A model generated the notes under the pieces. It was not told the DNA's origin. It worked only from the letters and a program-made list of their open reading frames with translations, and did not search any database. A stretch of DNA of 64,000 bases from Armatimonadota bacterium (GTDB taxonomy: Bacteria; Armatimonadota; SYMT01). The position numbers were made by a program, and so were the translations under genes. The DNA lies in contig JAWLHY010000002.1 in NCBI GenBank assembly GCA_041690135.1, positions 224,001 to 288,000 of the forward strand, given 5' to 3'. Of this stretch, positions 1 to 9,262 are shown one piece after another; position 1 is the stretch's first letter; every line of letters begins with the position of its first letter.

Positions 1-2028
1 CTCGGCCCCCTTTCCGGGGAGGAGGTTACGGCCTGGGTGCGCGAGGCTCTCCCCGGCCGGGAGGTCCCGGAGCGCGCGCTGGTGGAGCTGGTCGAACGCT
101 CCGGTGGAAGCCCACTTTACCTGGACATGCTCCTGCGGGCCGCGAGGGAGGCCTCCGACCCGCTGGAAGTCCTCACCGCGGTTCCGGACACCGTCTACGG
201 GGTGGTGCAGTCCGAGCTGGATGCCCTGACTTCGGAGGAGCGCCGGATCGCCCAAGTGGCGGCCATCCTGGGGCGCTCCTTTCCGGAGGAATGGCTGGAC
301 CGCCTGCTCTTCCTCAACGCGCGGCCGCTCGCATCACCGGCCTCCTCACCGGCCAACCCGCGTGGCGCACACCCGCCGTGGGCTTCGCTGGAACGGCGGG
401 GGCTCCTGGTGGAACGCAAGCCGCACCCGCACCGGGAATTGGCCTTCCGGCATGGCGTACTCCAGGAAGTGCTCTACGAAGGCATGCTCCGGCGCGAGCG
501 TCGGGAGAGACATGTCGTGGTGGCCGAAATCGCGGCGGATGCCGCCGCGGAACAGCCGGATCTCGCCGCGGTGACCGCCCGCCACTGGCGAGGGGCGGAG
601 AACTGGGAGCAGTCCCTGGCCTGGACGCAGCGGGCGGCCAATCACGCGGCCTCCGTCTACGCCGGTCCGGAAGCGGAGGAGCTTTATCTCCAGTGCCGGG
701 GCTTCGCGCAGCGGCTGGGCCTTCTCCAGGAAGAGGCACGGGCCGTCCGCGGCCTGGCGGAAGTGGCGATGCACCGCGGCGAGTACCCGGCGGCGCTCGC
801 GCATTACGAGCAGGCGCGACGTCTCCTCGCGGAGGAGGCGCCGGAGGATGCCGAAAGCCCCGACTCCCGCACTCTCCAGGCCTCACTGGAGTTGGGTGAA
901 GCGCGGGTCCTCGCCCGGACTGGAGAGTTGACCCGGGCGCTCCCCCTCCTCGAACAGGCGCTCGGGCTTCTGGCGGACCCTCGCGACGAGGACGCCCGTC
1001 GTCTGCAGGTGGAGTGTCTGATCGAGCAGTCCCTCGATTACGCCGACCTCGGCCTCCTGCGAGAGGCGCTCGCCGCGGGGAGCGCCGCCCTGGAGCAGGC
1101 GGAGCGGGCCGGGTGGGCGCGAGAAGAAGCCGCCGCGAACTCCGCATTGGGCCTGATCCATCCGCTCCTGGATGATTGGCCGGCGGCGGAGCGCCACCTG
1201 CGAAGGTCGCTGGAGTTGGCGGAGGCGGCCCACGACTGGAAGGGCGCGGCCGCCGCCTGGAGCAACCTGGGGGCGGGCCTCCAGTCTGCGGGCAGGTTGC
1301 CGGAAGCCGCGGCGGCGTTCGAAAAGGCCTGCACCTACGCCCGCCGCATCGCCGACGTGGAGAAGCTGGCGATCGTACGGATGAACCTGGGGACGGTCTA
1401 CCTGAACCACGGAGACTGGACGGAGGCGGCCGTCGCCTTCCGGGAGAGCCTGGCTTCGTTCCGCGCGATGGGGCACGCCCTCGGAGAGGCGGCCTCGCTC
1501 TACAACCTCGCCGACGCGCTGCGCTGGGGAGGCGAGACCGACGAGGCGGAGCAGGTACTCCACGGAGCGGAACGGAAGTGCGAGACGGTCGACGCCCCCC
1601 ACCTTCAGGTCCACATCCGGGCCGCTCGGGCGGAAATGGAGCTGCACCGCGAGGAGCTTCCCGGCGCCCTGGAGCAGGCGCAGCGCGCCCTCTGGCTGGC
1701 GACGGAGACCGACTACGAAGGCGGCATACGCCTCGCGCGGTTGGTGCTGGGGCGGGTCCAGCGGAAGCGAGGAGACCTAACCGTGGCGGAAGCGGAGCTG
1801 CGCGCCTCCATGGAAAGCTACGCCAACGCCGGAGAGCCCCTGGAAGCCGCCCGCGCCCGCGCCGAGTTGGCCGCCGTTCTCGCCACCGCGGGAGATCCGG
1901 CCACCGCGCGTGCCCTCTACACCGAGGCCCACCAGGCGATCCACGCCCTCGACGCCGCCCCCTGGCTCCTCCACCTTCCACAGAGCGGGGATCTTCTCCG
2001 GAATCAGCGGCGGGAGCCGAGGGTGTAG
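1..2028 (+). CDS. STAND/AAA-type ATPase C-terminal region plus TPR repeats (adenylate/guanylate-cyclase-associated type), 5'-partial
   Basis: Frame is open from base 1 (LGPLSGEEV...). Motifs SGGSPLYL, VPDTVYGVV...LDAL, AAILGRSF and FRHGVLQEVLY precede many TPR-like repeats (AAAWSNLG, MNLGTVYL, SLYNLADAL). Confidence 0.8.
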   Translation, partial: LGPLSGEEVTAWVREALPGREVPERALVELVERSGGSPLYLDMLLRAAREASDPLEVLTAVPDTVYGVVQSELDALTSEERRIAQVAAILGRSFPEEWLDRLLFLNARPLASPASSPANPRGAHPPWASLERRGLLVERKPHPHRELAFRHGVLQEVLYEGMLRRERRERHVVVAEIAADAAAEQPDLAAVTARHWRGAENWEQSLAWTQRAANHAASVYAGPEAEELYLQCRGFAQRLGLLQEEARAVRGLAEVAMHRGEYPAALAHYEQARRLLAEEAPEDAESPDSRTLQASLELGEARVLARTGELTRALPLLEQALGLLADPRDEDARRLQVECLIEQSLDYADLGLLREALAAGSAALEQAERAGWAREEAAANSALGLIHPLLDDWPAAERHLRRSLELAEAAHDWKGAAAAWSNLGAGLQSAGRLPEAAAAFEKACTYARRIADVEKLAIVRMNLGTVYLNHGDWTEAAVAFRESLASFRAMGHALGEAASLYNLADALRWGGETDEAEQVLHGAERKCETVDAPHLQVHIRAARAEMELHREELPGALEQAQRALWLATETDYEGGIRLARLVLGRVQRKRGDLTVAEAELRASMESYANAGEPLEAARARAELAAVLATAGDPATARALYTEAHQAIHALDAAPWLLHLPQSGDLLRNQRREPRV

Positions 2029-2717
2029 CCGGCGCCGAAGCCGAACTTCGGCGTGTCGCTCAGGCCGTTGTTGGCCCAGGTCAGGGCGAGCGTCCAGTCC
2101 TCGCTGGGGCGGTAGGACAGAGTCAGCGCCAGCGGGGTTCCGAACTCCTGGCTCATCCGGGGGCGACCCTCGGCGATGAAACTGAGACGGGAGGAAAGGC
2201 CGATCTCGATCCCCGCATAGGGCTGGAATTCGTGCTTCGAGACGGCATCGATGTAGTCCACGTACTGCACCCCCAGGTGCCCGACGATCCGCCGCGCTCC
2301 GGGTTGGGAGAACGCGTGCCGGACCGCGAGGAACCCCAGACGGGTGTCCACCTCACCGCCGCCCAGTTGGGTAAACCCGACCGCCGCGCTGGTTCCCGCG
2401 TCGTCGCCCCAGAAGCGATACTTGAGAAAGCCACCGGCGGAGGCGTCCCGCTCCCAGCCGGAGACCTTCACCACGGTCGCGCCGATCTCCAGGTCGTCCG
2501 TGAGACCGTAGTCGAGGGTCCCCGAGATCCAGGTCCGGGTATCGTCGAATACCGGGTTATGCTGCGGCAAGACCAGGATCGCCGGGGTGAGCTTCCCCTT
2601 CGGGGGCACGGATGCGGTCGGGTGCAGAAACAGCCCGCCCGGCCCGTAGAGGCTCTGCGCGGAAGCCGGCGCGGCCAGCAGGCTCAACGCGAGTGGAAGT
2701 AGAGAGCGGAGACGCAT
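2004..2717 (-). CDS. Secreted outer-membrane beta-barrel-like protein (YjbH-like)
   Basis: Signal peptide, then SLYGPGGLFLHPTA, YGLTDDLEIGA, alternating amphipathic strands and a C-terminal FGFGAGYTL. Confidence 0.6.
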   Translation of the reverse strand: MRLRSLLPLALSLLAAPASAQSLYGPGGLFLHPTASVPPKGKLTPAILVLPQHNPVFDDTRTWISGTLDYGLTDDLEIGATVVKVSGWERDASAGGFLKYRFWGDDAGTSAAVGFTQLGGGEVDTRLGFLAVRHAFSQPGARRIVGHLGVQYVDYIDAVSKHEFQPYAGIEIGLSSRLSFIAEGRPRMSQEFGTPLALTLSYRPSEDWTLALTWANNGLSDTPKFGFGAGYTLGSRR

Positions 2718-2960
2718 CACCGGGTCCTCACAAGGGGGTGGGTACCTATCGAACAGGCCTCTGGACCGCCCGAGCAGCGGTCAATCACCTCCTCCAGTAT
2801 AGAGCTTCCGGAGCGCTGCGCAAGACGGAGAAACAGTCGCCTTCGGCGTCCACCGGAGCCGGTTCTTCGGGTTCACGGCGATTCCCACCCAGTAAGCGTC
2901 GCCGGCGGGACCCCTGGCGTAAAATGGAAGGGAGTATTCCCAGCCAGGAGATCCCCAACC

Positions 2961-3665
2961 GTGTGCGGACGCTACGCGCTTGTCGATAACCCCGTCAACC
3001 ATCAGGAGCGGACCGACCTGAGCCTCTTCGGAGAGCTCGAGCTGGCGGACCTCCTGCCCCGCTACAACGTGGCGCCCACCTCTCGGATGCCGGTCGTGGT
3101 AGAGTCCGAAGTCGGGCGCGGGTTCGAAGTGATGCGCTGGGGCCTCATTCCCGGCTGGGCGAAGGACGCCTCGGGGGCGGCGCGGATGATCAACGCCCGC
3201 GCGGAGACGGCGGCGGAGAAACCGGCGTTCCGGAGCGCCTTCCAGCGCCGCCGCTGCCTGGTTCCCGCCTCCGGCTACTATGAGTGGATGACGACCCAGG
3301 ACGGCAAACAGCCCCAGTGGATCCACCCGCGGGACGGTGGCCTGCTATGGTTCGCCGGTCTCTGGGAGCAGTGGCATTCCCCGGACGGCCCTCTCCGCAC
3401 CTACGCCATCCTCACCAAGACCGCTGAGGGCATCGCCGCCGAGATCCACCATCGCATGCCCGCCCTGCTCCAGGGGGAAGAGCTCCTTCAATGGCTGGAC
3501 CCCGGCACCGCCCCGCTGCACCTCCACGCCCTGCTGCAGCCCCGCCCCCATCCGGAGCTCGCCGCCTACCCAGTGACCCGCGCCGTCAACCGCGTGGGCT
3601 ACGAAGACCCGGAGGCCCTCTTGCCGGTTGAGAGGACCGTTCAGGCAACGCTGGATTTTGAGTAA
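2961..3665 (+). CDS. SOS response-associated peptidase (SRAP/YedK/HMCES family)
   Basis: N-terminal MCGRY, RYNVAPT, MRWGLIP, INARAET, RRCLVPASGYYEW, IHHRMP; AGGAG RBS. Confidence 0.95.
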   Translation: MCGRYALVDNPVNHQERTDLSLFGELELADLLPRYNVAPTSRMPVVVESEVGRGFEVMRWGLIPGWAKDASGAARMINARAETAAEKPAFRSAFQRRRCLVPASGYYEWMTTQDGKQPQWIHPRDGGLLWFAGLWEQWHSPDGPLRTYAILTKTAEGIAAEIHHRMPALLQGEELLQWLDPGTAPLHLHALLQPRPHPELAAYPVTRAVNRVGYEDPEALLPVERTVQATLDFE

Positions 3666-3824
3666 AAGAACAAAGGGCGGTCCGCATAACTGCGAACCGC
3701 CGCACGGCTCAATACCGGGGGCTGGTAGGGAGCGCTGGTATGGCGACGTCGAACTGCCTGACGTCTTGCTTGGGGGAGGCCGGGTGGGGGAAACCGCCCG
3801 ACAGGGGTGAGGACTTGCGGCCCG

Positions 3825-4001
3825 TTAGCGCGTGCAGCTATCCGGGAGCTTCCAGGAAACCCAGTTGTGCTGGCAATCGGGGCAGTAGTAGCTGGCCTGG
3901 CGCGCGTAGGTCATCGGCTCGCGGACGATCCCATCCAGGATCCGATTCTCGTGCTTGCAGCGGAGCTTATGAAACCACTGACGGATTACCTTAAACAGCA
4001 T
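3825..4001 (-). CDS. Small (58 aa) putative zinc-binding protein
   Basis: ATG at 4001 preceded by GAGGAAAG; CxH...CxxC (LRCKH ... YYCPDC) pattern. Confidence 0.55.
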   Translation of the reverse strand: MLFKVIRQWFHKLRCKHENRILDGIVREPMTYARQASYYCPDCQHNWVSWKLPDSCTR

Positions 4002-4119
4002 GGCTTTCCTCGTTCCAAAATTGGGCGCCCGCCAGGGGTAAACGGGCAACAACTACTATGTCGGTCTTAAACGATGGAACTCCAGAAATCGAAAGGATGA
4101 ATCTGGAGCTATTTTTTCG

Positions 4120-4159
4120 GAGCGTGGGGCACGGCCGTGAACGGCCGTGCCCCACGCTC
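4120..4159. repeat. Perfect 18-bp inverted repeat, REP-like
   Basis: GAGCGTGGGGCACGGCCG-TGAA-CGGCCGTGCCCCACGCTC, just downstream of the transketolase genes. Confidence 0.8.
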
Positions 4160-4169
4160 AATGGATGGC

Positions 4170-5123
4170 TTAAAGGAGCTCGCGAGCGGCGCGGACTACG
4201 TTCTGGTAGTTCATGCCGTACTTCTCGAGCAGCGCGGCCGGCGAGCCGGACTCGGCGAACTGGTCGCCCAGGTTCACGAAGCGCATCGGCACGGGGTGGT
4301 TCGCGGCAATCGCCATGGAGACGGCGCTGCCCAGGCCGCCGTGGGCCAGGTGCTCTTCCACCACCACCACCTTCCCGGTCTCCCGGGCGGCCTTGGTGAT
4401 CGCTTCCACGTCCAGCGGCTTCACGGTGTGGACGTCCAGGACGCGCACGGATGCGCCGTCCTTCTCCAGGGCGGCGGCGGCTTCCAGGGCGGCGGCAACC
4501 ATCAGCCCGTTGGTGATGATCGTGAGGTCGCTGCCGTCGCGGAGCTGGTTCGCCTTGCCCAGGGTCCACTCCGCGCCGTCCTGGTAAATCACGGGCGCGT
4601 TGGGGCGGCCGGTGCGCAGGTAGGCGGGGCCCTTCAGCGCGTGGATGGCGCGCACGGCGGCGCGGCAGGAGTACTCGTCGCAGGGGACCACCACCACGAA
4701 CTCCGGCAGGGAGCAGGCGAGGGAGACGTCCTCGATGCCCATCTGGGAGGGGCCGTCCTCACCGATGCTGATGCCGCTGTGGCTGCCGACGACCTTCACG
4801 TCCCACTTCGGGAATGCCACCGACATGCGGAGCTGGTCGTAGGCGTTGGAGACCACGAAGGTGGCAAAGGAGGCGCACCAGGCCTGCTTGCCGGAGGCCG
4901 CGAGGCCCGCCGCCACGCCGACCATGTTGCTCTCGGCGATGCCGACGTTGAAGAACCGGTCCGGGTGGGCCTTGGCGAAGATGTCGGTGCGGGTCGAGTT
5001 GTTCAGGTCGGCGTCGACCACCACGATCGACGGGTCTTCCGCGCCGAGATCCCGCAGGGCCTCGCCGAACGCCACGCGCGTGGCCTTGCCGCTCGTCAGG
5101 CCGATCGTCTTTCCTAGCTCCAT
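4170..5123 (-). CDS. Transketolase C-terminal subunit (pyrimidine-binding/C domain)
   Basis: ATRVAFGEAL, DADLNNST, FFNVGIAESNM, GEDGPSQM, VKPLD, EEH; overlaps the stop of the N-subunit gene. Confidence 0.93.
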   Translation of the reverse strand: MELGKTIGLTSGKATRVAFGEALRDLGAEDPSIVVVDADLNNSTRTDIFAKAHPDRFFNVGIAESNMVGVAAGLAASGKQAWCASFATFVVSNAYDQLRMSVAFPKWDVKVVGSHSGISIGEDGPSQMGIEDVSLACSLPEFVVVVPCDEYSCRAAVRAIHALKGPAYLRTGRPNAPVIYQDGAEWTLGKANQLRDGSDLTIITNGLMVAAALEAAAALEKDGASVRVLDVHTVKPLDVEAITKAARETGKVVVVEEHLAHGGLGSAVSMAIAANHPVPMRFVNLGDQFAESGSPAALLEKYGMNYQNVVRAARELL

Positions 5124-5968
5124 CCCAGTTCCTCCAACGCGCGCAGGCGCTCTTCCTGCGTGAGCGGCTTCCCGTGGTAGCCGTAATCCTTCTCGACGAA
5201 GCTGACGCCCTTGCCCTTCAGCGTGCGGGCGATGATGCACTGCGGCTTGCCGTTGTTGGCCTCGCCCGCCTTCTGGAGAGCGGGGAGGAGGGCCGCGAAG
5301 TCATGGCCGTCCACGTCCTGCACTTCCCAACCGAAGGAGGCCCACTTCTCGGCCTTCGGCTCGGTGGGGAGCACGTCCTTCGTGTAGCCCGTCTGCTGGG
5401 CGGTGTTGGCGTCCACGATGGCGATCAGGTTGCCGGTGCCGTACTTGGGCGCGGCGAGCGCGGCCTCCCAGATCTGGCCCTCGTCGATCTCGCCGTCGCC
5501 GAGCACCACCCAGATGCGGCTGGGGGAGTTGTCCAACTTGGCCGCCAGCGCCATGCCGAGGCCGATGGAGAGGCCCTGGCCCAGGGAGCCGGTGCTGGCC
5601 TCGATGCCGGGCAGCCGGCGCACGTTCGGGTGACCTTCCAGCGGGCTGCCCAGCTTGCGCAGGGTGATGAGCTGGTCCACCGGGAAGTAGCCCGTCTCGG
5701 CCATCGCCGCGTACAGGGTCGGCACGGCGTGGCCCTTGCTCATGATGAAGCGGTCGCGCTCGGGCCAGGTGGGGTTCTGCGGATCGTGGCGGAGAATGCC
5801 GCCGAAGTAGAGGGCGGTCACGATCTCGGTGCAGGAGAACGAGCTGCTGGGGTGCCCCGAGCCCGCTTCCGTCGTCATATCGACGATGTGCTTACGGATC
5901 AAGCGCGCCTTATCGGTGAGCGCTTCGATCGAGAGCGCCCCGGAGGGCGCTTCGGCAGTGGTTGCCAT
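5114..5968 (-). CDS. Transketolase N-terminal subunit (TPP-binding)
   Basis: SGHPSS, RDRFIMSKGH, LEGHP, TGSLGQG, GDGE...EG...N TPP motif, TLKGKG. Confidence 0.95.
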   Translation of the reverse strand: MATTAEAPSGALSIEALTDKARLIRKHIVDMTTEAGSGHPSSSFSCTEIVTALYFGGILRHDPQNPTWPERDRFIMSKGHAVPTLYAAMAETGYFPVDQLITLRKLGSPLEGHPNVRRLPGIEASTGSLGQGLSIGLGMALAAKLDNSPSRIWVVLGDGEIDEGQIWEAALAAPKYGTGNLIAIVDANTAQQTGYTKDVLPTEPKAEKWASFGWEVQDVDGHDFAALLPALQKAGEANNGKPQCIIARTLKGKGVSFVEKDYGYHGKPLTQEERLRALEELGWS

Positions 5969-5970
5969 AT

Positions 5971-6591
5971 CTAGAGACTTTCTTCCGTGAGACTTCCTTC
6001 AGCCCGGCCCGCTTCCGGTTTGGGACCTTCCGGGTTTTCTCCGGCCAAAGGAGAGAGACTCGCGTCGCTGGGGAGCTGCTGGTGCTTGCGCGTCAGCTCC
6101 TCCAACCAACTTTCGTTCCAGGTGAAGTAAGCACCCCCGTGCTGGTCCAGCCGCGTCAGGAAATCTTCCGGGTATGGCTGAACCAGGGGCGGCAACTCCG
6201 CCGGGGGGAAATAGCGGATCTCGACGGCTTCCCCGTCGACTGCCTCCAGTTTCCCGCCCACTACCCGGCACTCGAACACCAGCAGGGTCGGCTCGACCTG
6301 GTCTCCATTCGGGTACGTGTAGTGGTAGCGGCTTCCCGCGAAGGCCCCCGCTAGGCGCACGGGACGGACGAGCAGGCCCGTCTCCTCCCAGCACTCGCGC
6401 GCGGCAGCCTGTGCCGGCTCTTCCCCCGGGTCGAGCCCACCTGCCGGCAGGCTCCACATCTGATCTTCACGGCGCCGGATGAGCAGGATCCGTCCCGCCT
6501 CATCCCGAACGATCGCGGCCACGCCCGGCAGCAGCAGGGAGGTGGGTCCCACCCTGGCTCGCAGGTCCCGGAGGTAAGCGGAGATCGGCAT
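5971..6591 (-). CDS. NUDIX hydrolase
   Basis: YLRDLRARVG, Nudix box GGLDPGEEPAQAAARECWEETGL, YPNGDQV; probable start MPIS at 6591. Confidence 0.9.
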   Translation of the reverse strand: MPISAYLRDLRARVGPTSLLLPGVAAIVRDEAGRILLIRRREDQMWSLPAGGLDPGEEPAQAAARECWEETGLLVRPVRLAGAFAGSRYHYTYPNGDQVEPTLLVFECRVVGGKLEAVDGEAVEIRYFPPAELPPLVQPYPEDFLTRLDQHGGAYFTWNESWLEELTRKHQQLPSDASLSPLAGENPEGPKPEAGRAEGSLTEESL

Positions 6592-6616
6592 GAAGCTCCC
6601 GTCGTCGCCGCCGCTA

Positions 6617-6643
6617 TTGACGCACGGCGACCTGTGGTACAAT
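6617..6643 (+). promoter_or_regulatory. Putative sigma70 promoter (extended -10) for the TPR/AAA genes
   Basis: TTGACG-15 nt-TACAAT with TG extension; the spacer is short. Confidence 0.4.
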
Positions 6644-6763
6644 AAACTGCTCACCGGCCCACCCGTTCCCGGCGGAGGCGTTCCGCGGTCGAGTGCGGGG
6701 GGCGGTTCCGGCGCATCGCTGCCGGTCATTTCTTCACAACCGGCGGGACGGGCAAGTTTATCA

Positions 6764-7627
6764 ATGCGTGGGGGTCGCTGGCAACATCTGGACCGCAGAA
6801 AGGACGACAGTTCCCCACCCGCCGTGCCCTCCCAGCAGGCGCCCGTTGAACCGGCGGACGGGCGCGATGGCGTGGCTGAAACGCCGTCTCCGGCCGTCCC
6901 GCCGGCCCTGCATCCGGCCCTGCAGCTCGCGGTGGGCTACTACGCGCTGAAGCAGTATCAACAGTGCGCGGATACACTGGAGACCGCCCTGCGTGACACG
7001 CCGCTGCTGCCGGGCGCGCACCGGCTGCTGGGTCTCTCCCTCGGCCGCCTCGACGATCCCGCCGGCGCGGTGAGAGCCCTGGAGCAGGCGTTTGAAGAAG
7101 ACCCGGAAGACCCGGAACTGGAGGCCAGCCTCATCTCCGCGCATCTGCAGACCGGACAGCCCTATCCGCGACCGGTGAACCGGGCGAAGGGCTCACGGGC
7201 CGAGTTGGTGGCCGCCTCGCTCTGGCTGCGGGGGCGGCAACTGTTGGAGGCGGGACGGCCGCGCGAAGCGGCGCGGACGTTTGGGGAGGCGGCGGAGCTC
7301 TTCGCCCAGGCCTCGCCGCCGGACCTGGCCGGGGAACGCGTGGCGGCGAGCCTGATGGGACAGGCGATCAGCTACCTGGTGGCGGGGGAGCTGGTGCCGG
7401 CGCAGCAGAGTTATGCCCGGTATTCCCGGCGGGTGCAGTTTCCGGAGAGCGCGCAGTTGTTTGCGCGGCAGGTGTACGAGCTGGCGGAAGAGGCCCGCGG
7501 CCTGACGGAGGCCGAGCGCGGCCCCGCCCTGGCGCCCCTGGGAGAACTGCTCCTCGGCGTGCGGCTGATGGTCCGCTTTTACGACCAGGTTCGGCCCGTG
7601 GCCATGCATTGGGAAGGATTGCCGTAG
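6764..7627 (+). CDS. Tetratricopeptide-repeat protein
   Basis: TPR-like helices (AHRLLGLSLGRLDDPAGAVRALEQAFEEDPED); start uncertain; ends 6 nt before the AAA gene. Confidence 0.7.
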   Translation: MRGGRWQHLDRRKDDSSPPAVPSQQAPVEPADGRDGVAETPSPAVPPALHPALQLAVGYYALKQYQQCADTLETALRDTPLLPGAHRLLGLSLGRLDDPAGAVRALEQAFEEDPEDPELEASLISAHLQTGQPYPRPVNRAKGSRAELVAASLWLRGRQLLEAGRPREAARTFGEAAELFAQASPPDLAGERVAASLMGQAISYLVAGELVPAQQSYARYSRRVQFPESAQLFARQVYELAEEARGLTEAERGPALAPLGELLLGVRLMVRFYDQVRPVAMHWEGLP

Positions 7628-7633
7628 TACCAG

Positions 7634-9157
7634 ATGAGTACGTATAAGGAACTGGAGCTGGCGATCCGCGCCCGGATCCCCCTGATCGCGCTGGTGACCC
7701 CGGAGGAAGCGCGCGCCGAGGAGCGGCTGCTGATTCCGCTGGCGCGGGAGTGGCGGGAGGGGCGAATCTATGCCTGGACCACCACCCATGGGTACGTGCC
7801 GCTGGGGGACTGCGACACCTGCGGCGCCGGGTTCGCGGCTCCGGACCCGCTCTCGGCGCTGGAGGTCGTCTCCGCCCACGAGGAGCCGTGCCTCTTTGTC
7901 CTGAAAGACTTCCATCACTACCTGGACAACGCGGCCCTGATGCGGAAGCTCCGCGATCTTTCCCAGGATCTCGTGCCGACCGGTCGGAACCTCATCTTCC
8001 TAGGGCCCCGCTTCAAGGTGCCGGAAGACCTGGAAAAGGAGATTCAGGTCATCGACTACCCCCCGCCGGACCTGGAGGAGCTGGAGGAGTTGCTCGTGTC
8101 CCTCCAGGAGGCCTTCGCGGAGGAGGGGGAGGACGGCGAAACGGGAGCGGCGACCATCGACCTTTCCCCGGAGGGCCGCGAGCGCCTGCTGAAGGCCGCG
8201 CTCGGGCTGACCCTGGGGGAAGCCGAGGCGGTCTTCGCCAAGGCGTTCGTCCGCGACGGCGCCCTGACCGACCGTGGGGTCGACCTGGTCCTCGCGGAGA
8301 AGAAGCAGATCGTCCGGCGCAGCGGGATCCTGGAGTTCTATGAGACCCAGGAAGGGCTAGACGACGTCGGCGGCCTGGACGCCTTGAAAGGCTGGCTCCG
8401 CCGACGGCACGGCGCGTTCACGGAAGAGGCGCGAGAGTTCGGCCTGCCCCTGCCGCGCGGCATCCTGCTGCTGGGAGTCCAGGGGTGCGGTAAGAGCCTG
8501 GTCGCCAAGGCGATCAGCCGGGCCTGGGGCATGCCGCTCCTGCGGCTCGACGTGGGGCGCATCTTCGGCAAGTACATCGGCGAGAGCGAGGGCGCTATCC
8601 GGCGCGTGATCCAGACCGCCGAGGCGATCGCGCCCTCCATCCTCTGGATCGACGAGATCGAGAAGGGGTTCGCCGGAGCCAGCTCGGAAGCGCACGATAC
8701 CGGCGTCAGCGCGCGGGTACTGGGCACCTTCCTCACCTGGATGCAGGAGAAGCGGAAGCCGGTATTCGTTTTCGCCACCGCCAACCAGATCCGCAACCTG
8801 CCCCCCGAATTGCTCCGCAAGGGCCGCTTCGACGAGCTGTTCTTCGTGGACCTTCCCAGCGCGGAAGAGCGCCGGGAGATCTTTGCCGTCCACCTGAGAA
8901 AGCGGGGCCGCGATCTCAGCGGCTACGATCTCGACGCTCTGGCGACAGCCACCGAGGGCTTCACCGGTGCCGAGATCGAGCAGGTGGTGAACGAGGCCCT
9001 CTTCGCCGCTTTCTCCGACAACCGCCGCCCCCTGGCGCAGATCGACCTGGAAGCCGCGGCCCGGGAGGTGATCCCCATCGCAGTGACAATGAAGGAGTCG
9101 ATCACCGCCATGCGCCATTGGGCCACGAACCGTGCCCGCCGCGCCTCCGAGGCGTGA
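7634..9157 (+). CDS. Ycf46-like AAA+ ATPase
   Basis: LKDFH N-domain, EKKQIVRRSGILEF, VGGLDALKGWL, Walker A GVQGCGKS, Walker B WIDEIEK, PELLRKGRFDE. Confidence 0.92.
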   Translation: MSTYKELELAIRARIPLIALVTPEEARAEERLLIPLAREWREGRIYAWTTTHGYVPLGDCDTCGAGFAAPDPLSALEVVSAHEEPCLFVLKDFHHYLDNAALMRKLRDLSQDLVPTGRNLIFLGPRFKVPEDLEKEIQVIDYPPPDLEELEELLVSLQEAFAEEGEDGETGAATIDLSPEGRERLLKAALGLTLGEAEAVFAKAFVRDGALTDRGVDLVLAEKKQIVRRSGILEFYETQEGLDDVGGLDALKGWLRRRHGAFTEEAREFGLPLPRGILLLGVQGCGKSLVAKAISRAWGMPLLRLDVGRIFGKYIGESEGAIRRVIQTAEAIAPSILWIDEIEKGFAGASSEAHDTGVSARVLGTFLTWMQEKRKPVFVFATANQIRNLPPELLRKGRFDELFFVDLPSAEERREIFAVHLRKRGRDLSGYDLDALATATEGFTGAEIEQVVNEALFAAFSDNRRPLAQIDLEAAAREVIPIAVTMKESITAMRHWATNRARRASEA

Positions 9158-9262
9158 CCCCAACACACAGCCAACCTCGGTTCGCAACCACCTTGCGGAA
9201 ACTCCGTGACCTTCCCTGTGTCAGTGGCATAACGAGAGGTATTCCAAAGGAGAGCGGGTCGC

